Shown piece by piece: positions 38,835-49,326 of a DNA stretch of 64,000 nucleotides (position 1 is the first letter of the stretch; every line of letters starts with the position of its first letter). Origin of the DNA: Candidatus Aenigmatarchaeota archaeon. GTDB lineage: Archaea > Aenigmatarchaeota > Aenigmatarchaeia > CG10238-14 > SCSR01. Under the pieces are notes generated by a model. The model was not told the origin of the DNA and searched no databases. It saw only the letters and a list, made by a program, of their open reading frames with translations. The stretch spans positions 90,508-154,507 of the forward strand of contig JACPAE010000001.1 of NCBI GenBank assembly GCA_016181005.1. The letters run 5' to 3'. A program made the translations under genes and the position numbers.

Positions 38835-39935
38835 TTATAAAGCTATAAATGAATGTTCACCTACGATGAGCCTGGAAGATTTGGTTTTATCTGAAGGTAC
38901 TATATTCACTTTTCTTCCTATAACACTGTCCGTTATCTTGGTTTCACAGTCTATTTTTGCCTCGCCTATAACTATGCTACGCTCTATCCAAGCATTTTCC
39001 ACAACAGTCTGGTCACCAATCGATGCATAAGGACCTATTACAGAATTTCCGCCTATTATGCAGTTGCTTCCGATGATAGTAGGCCCTTTGATTGTTGCTC
39101 CTTTCTTGACTATAGTACCGTCACCTATGCTAACTTTACCCTGTATGTCGGCTCCTTCCTCAATTTTCCCTTTGTTGGAGGATATTATTTCATCTAGCAG
39201 AAGCGTATTCGCTTCCAGTATTCCTTCTGCATCCCCAGGATCCTTCCACCATTCTGCGTCTATTATCCGATAGTCGACCTTGCTTCCATCATCCAGCAAC
39301 CCCTGTATGGCTTCTGTTATTTCATACTCGTTTCTCCAAGACGGCTTTAGTTTGTCTATCTCGTTGAAAATTGCTTCATTGAAAAAGTATATGCCAACTA
39401 ATGCAAGATTGTTCGGTGAGGTTATTGGCTTTTCTATAAGCCTGATTATCTTCCCGTCTTTGATCTCTGCGACACCAAATCTTTGTGGGTTTGGAACATC
39501 TTTTAACAAAATCATTGCGTCCAAGTCCCCATTTTTGAAGGTGTCGACGTATTTTTTAATTCCTCCCTTTAGTATGTTGTCTCCAAGATGGACAATGAAT
39601 TTTTTATCTGCATTATCATTAACCAGAAATCCTCTGGCTACTTTAACTGCATGTGCCAGTCCTCTAGGCGCGTCCTGCTCTATGTAAGTAATCTTGATTC
39701 CGAACTTTGACCCATCGCCTATGGCATCTTTTACCTCCCTTATCTTTTCTTCTGTGTGACCTACAATAATTCCAATGTCAGTTATACCAGCATTCTTTAA
39801 AGTTTCTATCGGATAGTATATCATCGGCTTGTTCGCAAGAGGTATCAAGTGTTTGTTGCTTGTGTGGGTTATAGGCCGCAATCGAGTCCCAAGACCACCA
39901 GATAAAATCAACCCCTTCATTTTCTTCACGGTCAA
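38835..39935 (-). CDS. sugar-1-phosphate nucleotidyltransferase (RmlA/GlmU-like, NTP-transferase + C-terminal left-handed beta-helix)
   Basis: GLILSGGLGTRLRPIT signature and C-terminal hexapeptide repeats. Confidence 0.85.
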   Translation of the reverse strand: MTVKKMKGLILSGGLGTRLRPITHTSNKHLIPLANKPMIYYPIETLKNAGITDIGIIVGHTEEKIREVKDAIGDGSKFGIKITYIEQDAPRGLAHAVKVARGFLVNDNADKKFIVHLGDNILKGGIKKYVDTFKNGDLDAMILLKDVPNPQRFGVAEIKDGKIIRLIEKPITSPNNLALVGIYFFNEAIFNEIDKLKPSWRNEYEITEAIQGLLDDGSKVDYRIIDAEWWKDPGDAEGILEANTLLLDEIISSNKGKIEEGADIQGKVSIGDGTIVKKGATIKGPTIIGSNCIIGGNSVIGPYASIGDQTVVENAWIERSIVIGEAKIDCETKITDSVIGRKVNIVPSDKTKSSRLIVGEHSFIAL

Positions 39936-39985
39936 AACATATTAAGTGTTAATCTATTAAAGATATCGAATATATGCCACATAAA

Positions 39986-40795
39986 CTAGAGGTGTGCTAT
40001 TACACTCCTAACATGCGGATTTACAAGGTTGTCCTGCTTTAAAAGCTCTTTAATCTGGTACAATGTCACCCAAATAAATCCGTTGGGAACTTCAATTTCC
40101 TTATCCTCATCCGCCTCTACAAGCATGTTGTATGTACGTTTCATATAAAACCTTCCACCGTCCTCAGGTAGCCACTGTGCATAAAGCACCTTATGCTTAT
40201 CTGGATTTTCAAAGAACTCAGAAAACAAGGGCTTCCTTCCCTTGTGTAACTGTTTCAGGTTGCTAAACGTCACTTGCAAAGTTGCAGACAACTGGACTTT
40301 GCCATAGTTCCCAGGCTCGGCCTTGGCCTCGAGTAAATAGTGCGGTATGCCGTTGAATCTTTTCATTAAGATGCCTGCTATACCACTCTCATTACCTTGA
40401 TCTATCATAGGCTGGTCCCATCCTTGTCCGGCTTCACGGAACTCTGAATTTGATATCCTTACACCAATAACTGAAAAGAAACCTCCGGACTCGTGGACAA
40501 GATTCCCTGTCTTTTCGTCGAAACTCCAACCTTTAGCATCTTTAAGATTAATCTTTTCAACTCTCATCTTACATTCTTTGGCTCTATCTTCCAACCATTT
40601 CCTGACTTGCTCCAGATTGTTAAACTGGTTTTGATCGAAAATGCTTTCTGAAAAATGCTCGGCCATTGCCACTAAATTTGGATTCTCGTCCAATTTTTGT
40701 ATTGCCTCAAGCAAGGATTTTTTAACGCCTTCGTTTCTTCTAGGCATGAAATCACCTATTAAACTCGAAAATCTTTTCAAACAGCATCTGAGCAT
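39986..40795 (-). CDS. NDP-hexose 2,3-dehydratase-like protein (single EvaA-type domain), tentative
   Basis: EDGGRF motif and context with RmlB, a 3-ketoreductase and a C-methyltransferase. At 269 aa it is about half the length of two-domain EvaA. Confidence 0.35.
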   Translation of the reverse strand: MLRCCLKRFSSLIGDFMPRRNEGVKKSLLEAIQKLDENPNLVAMAEHFSESIFDQNQFNNLEQVRKWLEDRAKECKMRVEKINLKDAKGWSFDEKTGNLVHESGGFFSVIGVRISNSEFREAGQGWDQPMIDQGNESGIAGILMKRFNGIPHYLLEAKAEPGNYGKVQLSATLQVTFSNLKQLHKGRKPLFSEFFENPDKHKVLYAQWLPEDGGRFYMKRTYNMLVEADEDKEIEVPNGFIWVTLYQIKELLKQDNLVNPHVRSVIAHL

Positions 40796-41720
40796 TTAGC
40801 GCATCCTTTAAATTCGGTGAGGACTCTAGCAACTTGCCTTCAACCAAGTCTCCGAATTTGGAGATCTGGGCATCATAACCGAATGGGTCCGGCTTCCAAA
40901 ATACTGAATTTGATTCGCTGAAGAGCATTATTTGAGTTTCTGACTGGTTGAATTTTGTTAGAATAAGCTTATCCGCATTTTCAATGTATGCATGATTATT
41001 TTTGTCATCGATAGCTTCTATCCTTTCATGCACAGGAAGTCTCCAGTTTGCGGATGATGTGTAAAATAAATTAACCGTGCATCCATTTTCAGTTAGAATC
41101 GATGTTGAAATGGTTTTTCCTCTTTTGTTGTCGTTTAAGATAGAAGAAAACTTTGCATTTACTTCTTTAGGTTTTCCCAGTAACCAGCATAACAAATCGC
41201 AATAATGAATAAGGTTTTGCAATACACCTGCCTCTCCTTCCTTGCGTCCATGTTGTGTGAAGAAAGACATTGTGCAGCCTACCAGATTCCCCAACTCACC
41301 TGACTTTCTCAGCTCGTCAAACTTTATGATGCCAGGATAAAATCTTTTGTTGAATGCAACCATTAACCTGTTTGATCGATCTCCATTGGTTTCTATGAAT
41401 TCCTTGATGCTTTTCGATGAGGACGATACAGGCTTTTCCAAAAGGACGAAAAGATTGTTGTTCAGAGCCACCTGAGCTATCGAAAGATGCGAATCGACAT
41501 CGGTAGCTACAAGCACACAGTCGACTTCACCTGATTCCATGAGTTTGTTGGCGTCAGAGTATATTTTTGCATGAGGAAATTGTGATTTGATAGGCTCCAA
41601 CTTGTCCACTTTCCTTCTGCACAATGCTGTTATCCTGAATCTTTGGTCCTTAATTATTGCTGGTATGTGAGCCTTCTGCGTTACTACACCGCAACCAATT
41701 AAGCCTATTCTTATTACCAT
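40752..41720 (-). CDS. Gfo/Idh/MocA-family NAD(P)-dependent oxidoreductase (candidate NDP-sugar 3-ketoreductase)
   Basis: IRIGLIGCGVVTQKAHIPAI N-terminal Rossmann; EKP motif. Confidence 0.8.
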   Translation of the reverse strand: MVIRIGLIGCGVVTQKAHIPAIIKDQRFRITALCRRKVDKLEPIKSQFPHAKIYSDANKLMESGEVDCVLVATDVDSHLSIAQVALNNNLFVLLEKPVSSSSKSIKEFIETNGDRSNRLMVAFNKRFYPGIIKFDELRKSGELGNLVGCTMSFFTQHGRKEGEAGVLQNLIHYCDLLCWLLGKPKEVNAKFSSILNDNKRGKTISTSILTENGCTVNLFYTSSANWRLPVHERIEAIDDKNNHAYIENADKLILTKFNQSETQIMLFSESNSVFWKPDPFGYDAQISKFGDLVEGKLLESSPNLKDALNAQMLFEKIFEFNR

Positions 41721-41824
41721 TATACACCATGCCAGCTAAAGCAGCATGTGACTTCGTTGTTTAATAAAGTATTAAAAGGTAACATTTAAGTAATTAGTTT
41801 CGATGCACGCGTAAAATTTTCGGT

Positions 41825-42832
41825 GTGACGATGCAATTGCCTTCAGTCTCTATAATAATAGTAGGTTATAACAGCAAACCACATTTTGATAGTTGTTTTT
41901 CCTCAATTTCAAGGATCGGTTATTCCAAAACCAAATACGAGGTTATACTTGCCGACAATAATTCGAAAGACGGTTCTGTCGAATATGTGAAGGAAAAATT
42001 CAAATGGGTCAGAATACTGCCTTTAAAGGAGAACTACGGAGTCGCAATAGCAGTTAACAGAGCTGCAAAAATAGCGAAAGGAAAATATATAGTCATCTTG
42101 AACCCTGACACGGAAGTTGAGAAAAAATGGCTTGTCGAACTTGTAAAAGTAATGGAATCCGATAGAACTATTGGTGCGTGTGGGTCTAAGCTTTTGTACT
42201 ATGATGAGAGGGACAAGATAAATACTATAGGAGGATTTTGGAGCGTGCTCGGCTTCTCTGGCTCTTTGGGTGAAGGGGATAATAAAATTAAACATACTAA
42301 GATGAAGGAGGTCTTTTTCCCTACAGGCTCTTCGCTCATGGTAAGAAAAGATTTGTTTCTGTCTGTTGGGGGATACGATGATGACTATTTCATGTATGTT
42401 GAGGAACCTGACCTATCTTGGAGATTGTGGAATATGGGATATAGGATTGTTTCAGTGCCGTCCTCGATAGCTTACCACAAGGTTGGCGCAAGTGTGAAGA
42501 GAGGTGATGGGGGATTCAGGTCAATGGTCTACTACCATACAACAAAAAATCGTCTGGCTACAATAGTAAAGAACGCGACTTTTCTTAACGTGGCATGGAT
42601 GCTGCCTACAAGCATACTTGCACACATTTTCCAATCCCTAGTATTCTTGGCTAGAGGCAGGTTGGATGCTTCGTGGGCTGTTTTGAAAGGTATATTGTGG
42701 ATTGCACCCAACTTCGGTAAGCTGGTCGAAAAAAGAAGCCGCTTAGTTCACAACGGCAACACTTCTAAATTGATGATAGGTGTTGCCGACAGCATCAAGA
42801 TTTTCTTCTGGAAATTTAAAAAACACTTCTAG
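41825..42832 (+). CDS. glycosyltransferase family 2
   Basis: VSIIIVGYNS...ADNNSKDGS, DxD-type, GT-A fold. Confidence 0.8.
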   Translation: MTMQLPSVSIIIVGYNSKPHFDSCFSSISRIGYSKTKYEVILADNNSKDGSVEYVKEKFKWVRILPLKENYGVAIAVNRAAKIAKGKYIVILNPDTEVEKKWLVELVKVMESDRTIGACGSKLLYYDERDKINTIGGFWSVLGFSGSLGEGDNKIKHTKMKEVFFPTGSSLMVRKDLFLSVGGYDDDYFMYVEEPDLSWRLWNMGYRIVSVPSSIAYHKVGASVKRGDGGFRSMVYYHTTKNRLATIVKNATFLNVAWMLPTSILAHIFQSLVFLARGRLDASWAVLKGILWIAPNFGKLVEKRSRLVHNGNTSKLMIGVADSIKIFFWKFKKHF

Positions 42833-43786
42833 TCAAGCGTTTGACCACCATGACTCATTGTCGATATACCATTGGACAGTCTTCTTTATGGCATCGCCGA
42901 ATGTTGTACTAGGTTTCCATCCCAACCCATTCCTTATTTTCGTGTCGTCCAATGAATACCGTTCGTCATGCCCTAGTCGATCGGTTATAAAGGATATCAG
43001 ACTTTCTGGCTTGCCCAAGATTTTTAGTATTTGTTTCACTAATTCGAGATTTGTCTTCTCATTGCCGCCCTTTATGTTGTAAGTCTCGCCTAGTTTTCCT
43101 TTATGGAGGACTATGTCAACCGCCTCGCAGTTATCTAACACATATATCCAATCCCTAACTTGCTGGCCATTCCCATATATAGGTACCGGCTTGTTTCTCA
43201 AGGCATTTATCACTATTTTTGGTATGAATTTTTCAGCATTTTGAAATGGTCCGTGGTTGTTCGTTGTTCTTGTTATTAGAATCGGTGTATTGAATGTTTC
43301 AAAATAACTTTTTGTTAGCAACTCTGCTGCTGCCTTGCATGCTGCATATGGATTTCTTGGATTTAACGAATCTGTTTCCTTAAATGATCCGTTTTTTATG
43401 CTTCCATAAACCTCGTCTGTCGATATCTGTACAAATCTTTCCACATTGGTTTCCTTTGCAGCTTCTAGGAGCCTTCCAACACCCAATACTTCTGTGAGTA
43501 TGAATGACTCGGAATCTACTATACTTCTATCCACATGGGTTTCTGCGGCAAAATTCACAACAAAGTCACAATCTTTAACTGCTTTTTCCACGTCTCCCTT
43601 ATTGCATATATCGCCGTGAATGAATTCTATTTTGTCCATCACGCTTGCCAGATTCTCTTTTTTTCCAGCATAGGTCAGCTTGTCCAGGACTACAATTCCA
43701 TAGTCTGGATGCTTTTCGAGCATATAGTGCACAAAATTACTGCCTATGAAGCCACAACCACCCGTAACTAGCACTTTCTTACTCAT
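42833..43786 (-). CDS. rmlB: dTDP-glucose 4,6-dehydratase
   Basis: VLVTGGCGFIGSNFV, YAACKAA (YxxxK), 317 aa. Confidence 0.9.
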   Translation of the reverse strand: MSKKVLVTGGCGFIGSNFVHYMLEKHPDYGIVVLDKLTYAGKKENLASVMDKIEFIHGDICNKGDVEKAVKDCDFVVNFAAETHVDRSIVDSESFILTEVLGVGRLLEAAKETNVERFVQISTDEVYGSIKNGSFKETDSLNPRNPYAACKAAAELLTKSYFETFNTPILITRTTNNHGPFQNAEKFIPKIVINALRNKPVPIYGNGQQVRDWIYVLDNCEAVDIVLHKGKLGETYNIKGGNEKTNLELVKQILKILGKPESLISFITDRLGHDERYSLDDTKIRNGLGWKPSTTFGDAIKKTVQWYIDNESWWSNA

Positions 43787-44319
43787 TAAATCACTATTCC
43801 ATATTCTTCCAATTTTTCTTTTATCTTCGGTATTGTTTTAAAATCTATTTTCTCATAGTCTTCCTTGTCATAAGGATGTGATGACATTGCTAAAACTGCT
43901 ACTGGCTCATCTGTCAGCGGCAAGAAAACATGGTAAACACCTGTAGGCACATACACGTGCGCCATTTTTGAATCCTCTATTGTTATGGCTGGATCTCTGG
44001 CATTGCTAGGCGGTTCCGATCCTAGAATTATGGAGAACACTTTGTTGAACGTAGATGAATTCTTTCTCGTGTCCCAAAAAAACCAAAGTGCAGTGCCTGA
44101 TAACGTGTAAAAATTCTCTATCGTTTTCTTGTGCAGGCAACCTGCACGTGGAATATGCTTCTTATTTGCGACTGATATGTAAACATTTTTCACTCCAGCA
44201 CTAAAAAAGGGATCCTGCATTCCTAATGGGGCCAATTCAGCCAGAAATCCTCTGTTGTCCTTCAATACTTTGTTCAGCCTTATCATTAGGCCTTCTATAT
44301 CAGTCTTTATTATTTCCAT
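43786..44319 (-). CDS. rmlC: dTDP-4-dehydrorhamnose 3,5-epimerase-like (cupin)
   Basis: 177 aa, RmlC-like N-terminus (DNRGFLAEL), directly downstream of rmlB. Confidence 0.75.
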   Translation of the reverse strand: MEIIKTDIEGLMIRLNKVLKDNRGFLAELAPLGMQDPFFSAGVKNVYISVANKKHIPRAGCLHKKTIENFYTLSGTALWFFWDTRKNSSTFNKVFSIILGSEPPSNARDPAITIEDSKMAHVYVPTGVYHVFLPLTDEPVAVLAMSSHPYDKEDYEKIDFKTIPKIKEKLEEYGIVI

Positions 44320-44400
44320 AAATCTTACTTTTGAGCTATAGATTTAAGTTTATCAGTCTACATCTAAAAATGAACATTTGGGTCTATTGTTGCTGGTAAT

Positions 44401-46275
44401 ATGTGTGGAATAGCAGGCATTGTTGGGGAGGAAAACAAGGACTTGATCAAGTCTATGTGTGATGTCATAGAACATAGGGGTCCTAATGATTCTGGGTATT
44501 TATTAGACAAGGATTTGTCGCTAGGAATGAGAAGACTAAGCATTATAGACTTGGCTGGTGGAAAGCAGCCTATACATAACGAAGACGAAACAGTGTGGGT
44601 GGTCTATAATGGCGAAATATACAATTATCTGGAAATAAGGTCCGAGCTGGAAAGCTTCGGGCATAGATTTTATACCAAGTCAGACACCGAGGTATTCGTT
44701 CATGCTTATGAACAGTATGGGGATATGTTTGTGGAAAGACTGAGGGGGATGTTCGGTTTTGCTTTGTGGGATATGAAAACCAGAAAACTGATCCTTGGCA
44801 GAGACAGGTTAGGGAAGAAGCCTTTATACTATACACTGCAAAACGGGAAGCTTATATTTGGGTCTGAGATTAAATCCATACTGCAGACAGGCGTAACTCG
44901 GAGAGTTAATTGGCGAGCCGCTGATGACTTTATGTCTCTTGGCTATGTGCCTGGACCAATTACTATGTTCGAGGGCATATACAAACTTCTGCCTGGCAGC
45001 ATACTTGTTTACCAGAATGGTGAGGTAAAGATTTCTAAATACTGGGAAGTGAGCATATCCAATGATCCTGTATCTGAAGCTGAGGCTGCGGAAAAGGTAA
45101 TCGAACTTTTGAAGGAATCTGTGAGAATAAGGCTTATGAGCGAGGTCCCTCTTGGAGTTTACTTGTCTGGGGGGATTGACTCAAGTTCTGTTGTGGCTTT
45201 GATGAGCTCCATCGTCGAAGAGCCTATAAAAACATTTACAGTAGGCTTTGGAGAAGACGATATTGAACTGAAGTATGCGAGACTTGTATCCAACAAGTTC
45301 AAAACTGACCATAGAGAATTGATTGTGCATTCCGATGTAATTAAAATATTACCCGATGTTATTTGGCATTTCGACGAGCCTTTGGCTGATGCCGCAGCTT
45401 TACCTACATATCAGATGTCGGAAGTTACAAAAAAATTTGCCACAGTTACTCTATTGGGGGAAGGTGGGGACGAAGCCTTTGCTGGATACGATAAATACAG
45501 GCAGATGCTATCACTGTCGAAATATTCGAAACTTGTGCCTTATCCGATTAGAAAGAACTTGATTCCACCAATAACTAATATGTTGTTGAAGATTGTGCCT
45601 GGAGTTAAGAACAGGAAATATCTTGAATTCTTGACTAGAATTCTTCCGGCGACTAACAACGAGAGTGAAATGTATTATAACTTCATAATAGCTGGATTTG
45701 ACAAAACGGACAAGGTTGAATTGAATGGTGGAGGCGTCCAAACAGGCTATTTAGACGGGCTTCTACAAGAGAACTTTTCGAACAGAGATTTGTTCACAAA
45801 CATGATAGGATTTGATTTTAAGGTATGCCTTCCTGACAGGTTGTTAATGAAAGTCGATAAGATGACAATGGCCAATTCTATCGAAGCTAGAGTCCCTTTC
45901 TTGGACCACAAGTTTGTGGAATATGTGAATACTCTACCAAGAGATTTGAGATTGAATAAGTATATTCTAAGAAAATCTATGAAAGATTTGTTGCCTAAAG
46001 AGATTGTTAAGAGGAGGAAGAGGCCGTTCATAGTTCCGATTACAAAATGGTTGAATTCTGAATTGAAGGAAATATCAACACAGATAATTTCCGGCTATGA
46101 AAATGCTAATAAATTCAACTATAGCTATATCAAGAATCATATTATGAAGAACCCGAACAATCTGATGCATAATTATCAGATATGGAACTTGATGATTTTC
46201 AGACTGTGGCATAAGATGTTTATAGAAACTGATTCTGTTAAGCGGCCTGGCTCATTAGACGCTCTTCTAGGTTAG
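44401..46275 (+). CDS. asnB: asparagine synthase (glutamine-hydrolysing)
   Basis: MCGIAG Ntn start and SGGIDSS PP-loop. Confidence 0.9.
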   Translation: MCGIAGIVGEENKDLIKSMCDVIEHRGPNDSGYLLDKDLSLGMRRLSIIDLAGGKQPIHNEDETVWVVYNGEIYNYLEIRSELESFGHRFYTKSDTEVFVHAYEQYGDMFVERLRGMFGFALWDMKTRKLILGRDRLGKKPLYYTLQNGKLIFGSEIKSILQTGVTRRVNWRAADDFMSLGYVPGPITMFEGIYKLLPGSILVYQNGEVKISKYWEVSISNDPVSEAEAAEKVIELLKESVRIRLMSEVPLGVYLSGGIDSSSVVALMSSIVEEPIKTFTVGFGEDDIELKYARLVSNKFKTDHRELIVHSDVIKILPDVIWHFDEPLADAAALPTYQMSEVTKKFATVTLLGEGGDEAFAGYDKYRQMLSLSKYSKLVPYPIRKNLIPPITNMLLKIVPGVKNRKYLEFLTRILPATNNESEMYYNFIIAGFDKTDKVELNGGGVQTGYLDGLLQENFSNRDLFTNMIGFDFKVCLPDRLLMKVDKMTMANSIEARVPFLDHKFVEYVNTLPRDLRLNKYILRKSMKDLLPKEIVKRRKRPFIVPITKWLNSELKEISTQIISGYENANKFNYSYIKNHIMKNPNNLMHNYQIWNLMIFRLWHKMFIETDSVKRPGSLDALLG

Positions 46276-46279
46276 ATTT

Positions 46280-47425
46280 ATGAAAATCTTATTCGTACAT
46301 CCAAAAGGAGAGATTGGTGGCGGTGACCACAGTCTATTAACAATTATCAAAGCTATGGACAAAAGCAGGTTCAGGTCATACGTCATCGTGCCTAAAAAGG
46401 GACATTTGTTTACAGAGTATGAAACCCATGCTGAAAAAGCCCGGCAAGTAGATTTTACTGTACTTAAAACACCTGACAGTTTTGTCGAATTGGTTAGAAT
46501 GCTAGCTGGATTTGTTCCTTCCATCTTCAGAATATGGAAACTAATTAAAAAATGGGATATAGATCTGGTTCATGTCAATAGTATTGTAGTGCCATCAGCC
46601 GTTATAGCGGCTAAACTGGCTGGAAGAAAATGCGTTGTACACAAAAGAGAGATAATTGTTTCTAGAAAACTTGTTGGGAATATTTTGGACTTTGTTACAA
46701 ACCTTTTTGCCGACAAGGTTATAGCAGTCAGTAATGCAACTAGAAACTATTCCAAGTTTATTGGTGGGAAGACTGTTGTCATTTATAATGGTGTAGACAT
46801 TTCTTCTTTCAGCTCAAGGAAAGGAGAGAGTAGCCTAACTTATTTGCATAAACTCCATGGAAAAAGAAAACTTGTTGGTGTTTTCAGCAGAATAGAACCT
46901 TGGAAGGGGCAGAAAATCGTAGTTAACGCTCTCAAACAAGTAGTTGGTGAGATAAGGGACATCAAAGTCTTTATCTTCGGCGTGCCTTACACAGCGCGTG
47001 GGAAAGCTTATTTCAGGGGACTTAAAAACAGTGTTAGTGAATATGGTTTGGGTGATTTCATAGAGTTTCCTGGTGTGGTCATATCATTGAAGAAAATTTA
47101 CAGCGAATTTGACATTATACTATTGCCGTCTATTGACCCAGAGCCATTTAGCAGAGTATTAATTGAGAGTATGGCTGCCGGAGTTCCTGTTATCGCTACT
47201 AACATCGGTGGAAATGTTGAAGGTGTTATAGATGGTAAAACTGGTATTTTGGTTAAGCCTAACAATCCGGACGACTTGGCAGATGCTATGATAAAATTGC
47301 TTAAAGATGGTGAACTTAGGGGGAAAATGAGAAAGTTCTCCTTAGAGTATGTAAAGAAGAATTTTGATATCAAAGACAGCATACTATTAGTGGAAAAGGT
47401 GTATGATGAAATGGTGAAGAAATGA
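46280..47425 (+). CDS. glycosyltransferase family 4
   Basis: EPFSRVLIESMAAGVPVIATNIGG. Confidence 0.85.
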   Translation: MKILFVHPKGEIGGGDHSLLTIIKAMDKSRFRSYVIVPKKGHLFTEYETHAEKARQVDFTVLKTPDSFVELVRMLAGFVPSIFRIWKLIKKWDIDLVHVNSIVVPSAVIAAKLAGRKCVVHKREIIVSRKLVGNILDFVTNLFADKVIAVSNATRNYSKFIGGKTVVIYNGVDISSFSSRKGESSLTYLHKLHGKRKLVGVFSRIEPWKGQKIVVNALKQVVGEIRDIKVFIFGVPYTARGKAYFRGLKNSVSEYGLGDFIEFPGVVISLKKIYSEFDIILLPSIDPEPFSRVLIESMAAGVPVIATNIGGNVEGVIDGKTGILVKPNNPDDLADAMIKLLKDGELRGKMRKFSLEYVKKNFDIKDSILLVEKVYDEMVKK

Positions 47426-48369
47426 TTGGTGTTACTGGTTGTGCGGGGTTTATAGGATCGTCACTGACTGAGCAACTGCTTAAAAACGGCGAGCAAGTTG
47501 TAGGTATAGACAACTTCGCTGATTTCTACCCAAAACCTATGAAGCTTTCAAACCTTGAGAATCTTCAAAAATTCAGTACATTTACCTTTATAGATGGGGA
47601 TATTTGCAATCAGGATGTCGTGAAGAACTTTTTGCAGGATGTAGACATTGTTTATCACATGGCTGGAACAGGCGGAGTCAAACTATCTGTTTCTAATCCT
47701 TCTTTGTATTTTAAATCTAATGTTTTGTCTACATTCACATTGCTGAATTGTGTAAGAGGCTCTGATGTTGATAAAGTTGTTTATGCTTCTAGCTCATCTG
47801 TGTATGGTAATGCGTCTTTAGAAGACTTGCCTGTGAGTGAAACTTTCACCTGCAATCCAATATCGCCATATGGTTGGAGTAAATTTGCTGCAGAAACTTG
47901 TTGTGCAACGTTCAGTAAAACATACTCTATTCCAACTATTTCGCTAAGGTACTTCACTGTTTACGGCCCCAGACAAAGGCCTGATGAAGCTGTTCACACA
48001 TTTGTCAGAAATATGCTTAATGGTGAATATGTGGAGATTTATGATGACGGCAATCAAATAAGAAACCTCACTTACATAGACGATGTAGTTGTGGCTACGA
48101 TTTCGGCCGGCAAATCTAACTTATCTGGTGCTGTGTTTAACATAGCGTCCAAAGATACTATAAGTGTTAAGGCACTTGTTGATGTTATAAGTAGTGTTGT
48201 TGGAGTAAGGCCTAAAATCAAGTTTGTCGAGTCACCAGCTGGGGTAGCTTACAATACACATGGTGATATATCAAAGGCCAGATCCATTTTGGGTTTCGAA
48301 CCGAAAATACCGCTAAAAGTCGGTGTTGAAAGGTTTGTTGAATGGTACAAGCTACATAACAAGGGGTGA
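47422..48369 (+). CDS. NAD-dependent epimerase/dehydratase (UDP-sugar 4-epimerase / UDP-GlcA decarboxylase-like)
   Basis: IGVTGCAGFIGSSL, YGWSKFAAE (YxxxK). Confidence 0.85.
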   Translation: MIGVTGCAGFIGSSLTEQLLKNGEQVVGIDNFADFYPKPMKLSNLENLQKFSTFTFIDGDICNQDVVKNFLQDVDIVYHMAGTGGVKLSVSNPSLYFKSNVLSTFTLLNCVRGSDVDKVVYASSSSVYGNASLEDLPVSETFTCNPISPYGWSKFAAETCCATFSKTYSIPTISLRYFTVYGPRQRPDEAVHTFVRNMLNGEYVEIYDDGNQIRNLTYIDDVVVATISAGKSNLSGAVFNIASKDTISVKALVDVISSVVGVRPKIKFVESPAGVAYNTHGDISKARSILGFEPKIPLKVGVERFVEWYKLHNKG

Positions 48370-48371
48370 CT

Positions 48372-49274
48372 CTACTCTCTTACTCCATATTTTTTTGACA
48401 TGAAGTTATTGATATCCAAAACTGCTTCTAAACCTTTGGTTTCCACATTCCTTTCTTTGAGGAAAGATACAAAAGCTTCCAAATCCTTAGGCAGGCAATT
48501 GCCACCGAATGCTTTCCCATGAACGGTTCCGTATTTGCCTATTCTATTGTCTGTGCTTACAATTTCAGCCACCTTTTTTGAGTCTATACCAAAAGCTTGG
48601 CATATTAGAAACAGTTCGTTCCAATAAGATATCTTGCTGGCAAGATTAAGATTGTGTGCGTATTTAATCATTTCTGCTGTTTTGGCATCTGTCCTGAAAA
48701 TAGGCACGTTAAGTGGCTTGAAAAGCTCTTCTAATACTTCGCCGGATTTATGATCATATTCGCCTATAACAATTTTGTCTTCGAATTTTTTGATACTAAA
48801 TGGATTAGCTTCATACCATCTTTTCAGTTCCGGATCCGTGGTGGTTTTGTTCACCTGCGTCAAGAATTCTGGGCTGGCGCACAAACCAAAGTCTTTTCCA
48901 CATACTTTGCCTGAGTAATTCTCCAAAATTTCCTTTACAATAGTCTCTGTTGTAGTTGGTATGACTGTACTTTTAACAACAACCAAATGATATGTGTCCT
49001 TCTGTTTCAATTGTTTGCCTACGGCTTCGGTTGCAGACTTTATGTAACTCAAGTCTATTTTGCCGTCCTTTGTCGGAGTCGGCACGCATATGAAAGATAC
49101 ATCGCTTTTTCCCATGGCTTCCGTTATGTCATCTGTGGCTTTGTATCCATCATTTTTAAGTCTCTCTATAAGCTCCTTGTTAATATCGTAGAAAATTACA
49201 TCATTCTTTCCTAGAAGGAGCTGACCTATTGAGGCCCCTACATAACCCGAACCGATTATACTTACCTTTGCCAA
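48372..49274 (-). CDS. UDP-glucose/GDP-mannose dehydrogenase family protein lacking the C-terminal UDP-sugar-binding domain
   Basis: NAD-binding N-domain and a central domain with catalytic GGNCLPKD. It ends about 45 aa later at a convergent gene boundary (300 aa versus about 400-440 typical). Confidence 0.65.
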   Translation of the reverse strand: MAKVSIIGSGYVGASIGQLLLGKNDVIFYDINKELIERLKNDGYKATDDITEAMGKSDVSFICVPTPTKDGKIDLSYIKSATEAVGKQLKQKDTYHLVVVKSTVIPTTTETIVKEILENYSGKVCGKDFGLCASPEFLTQVNKTTTDPELKRWYEANPFSIKKFEDKIVIGEYDHKSGEVLEELFKPLNVPIFRTDAKTAEMIKYAHNLNLASKISYWNELFLICQAFGIDSKKVAEIVSTDNRIGKYGTVHGKAFGGNCLPKDLEAFVSFLKERNVETKGLEAVLDINNFMSKKYGVRE

Positions 49275-49326
49275 ACAATCACGCTAATATTTTCACATTG
49301 TTTTAGGTATAAAAAGATTTGATAGA

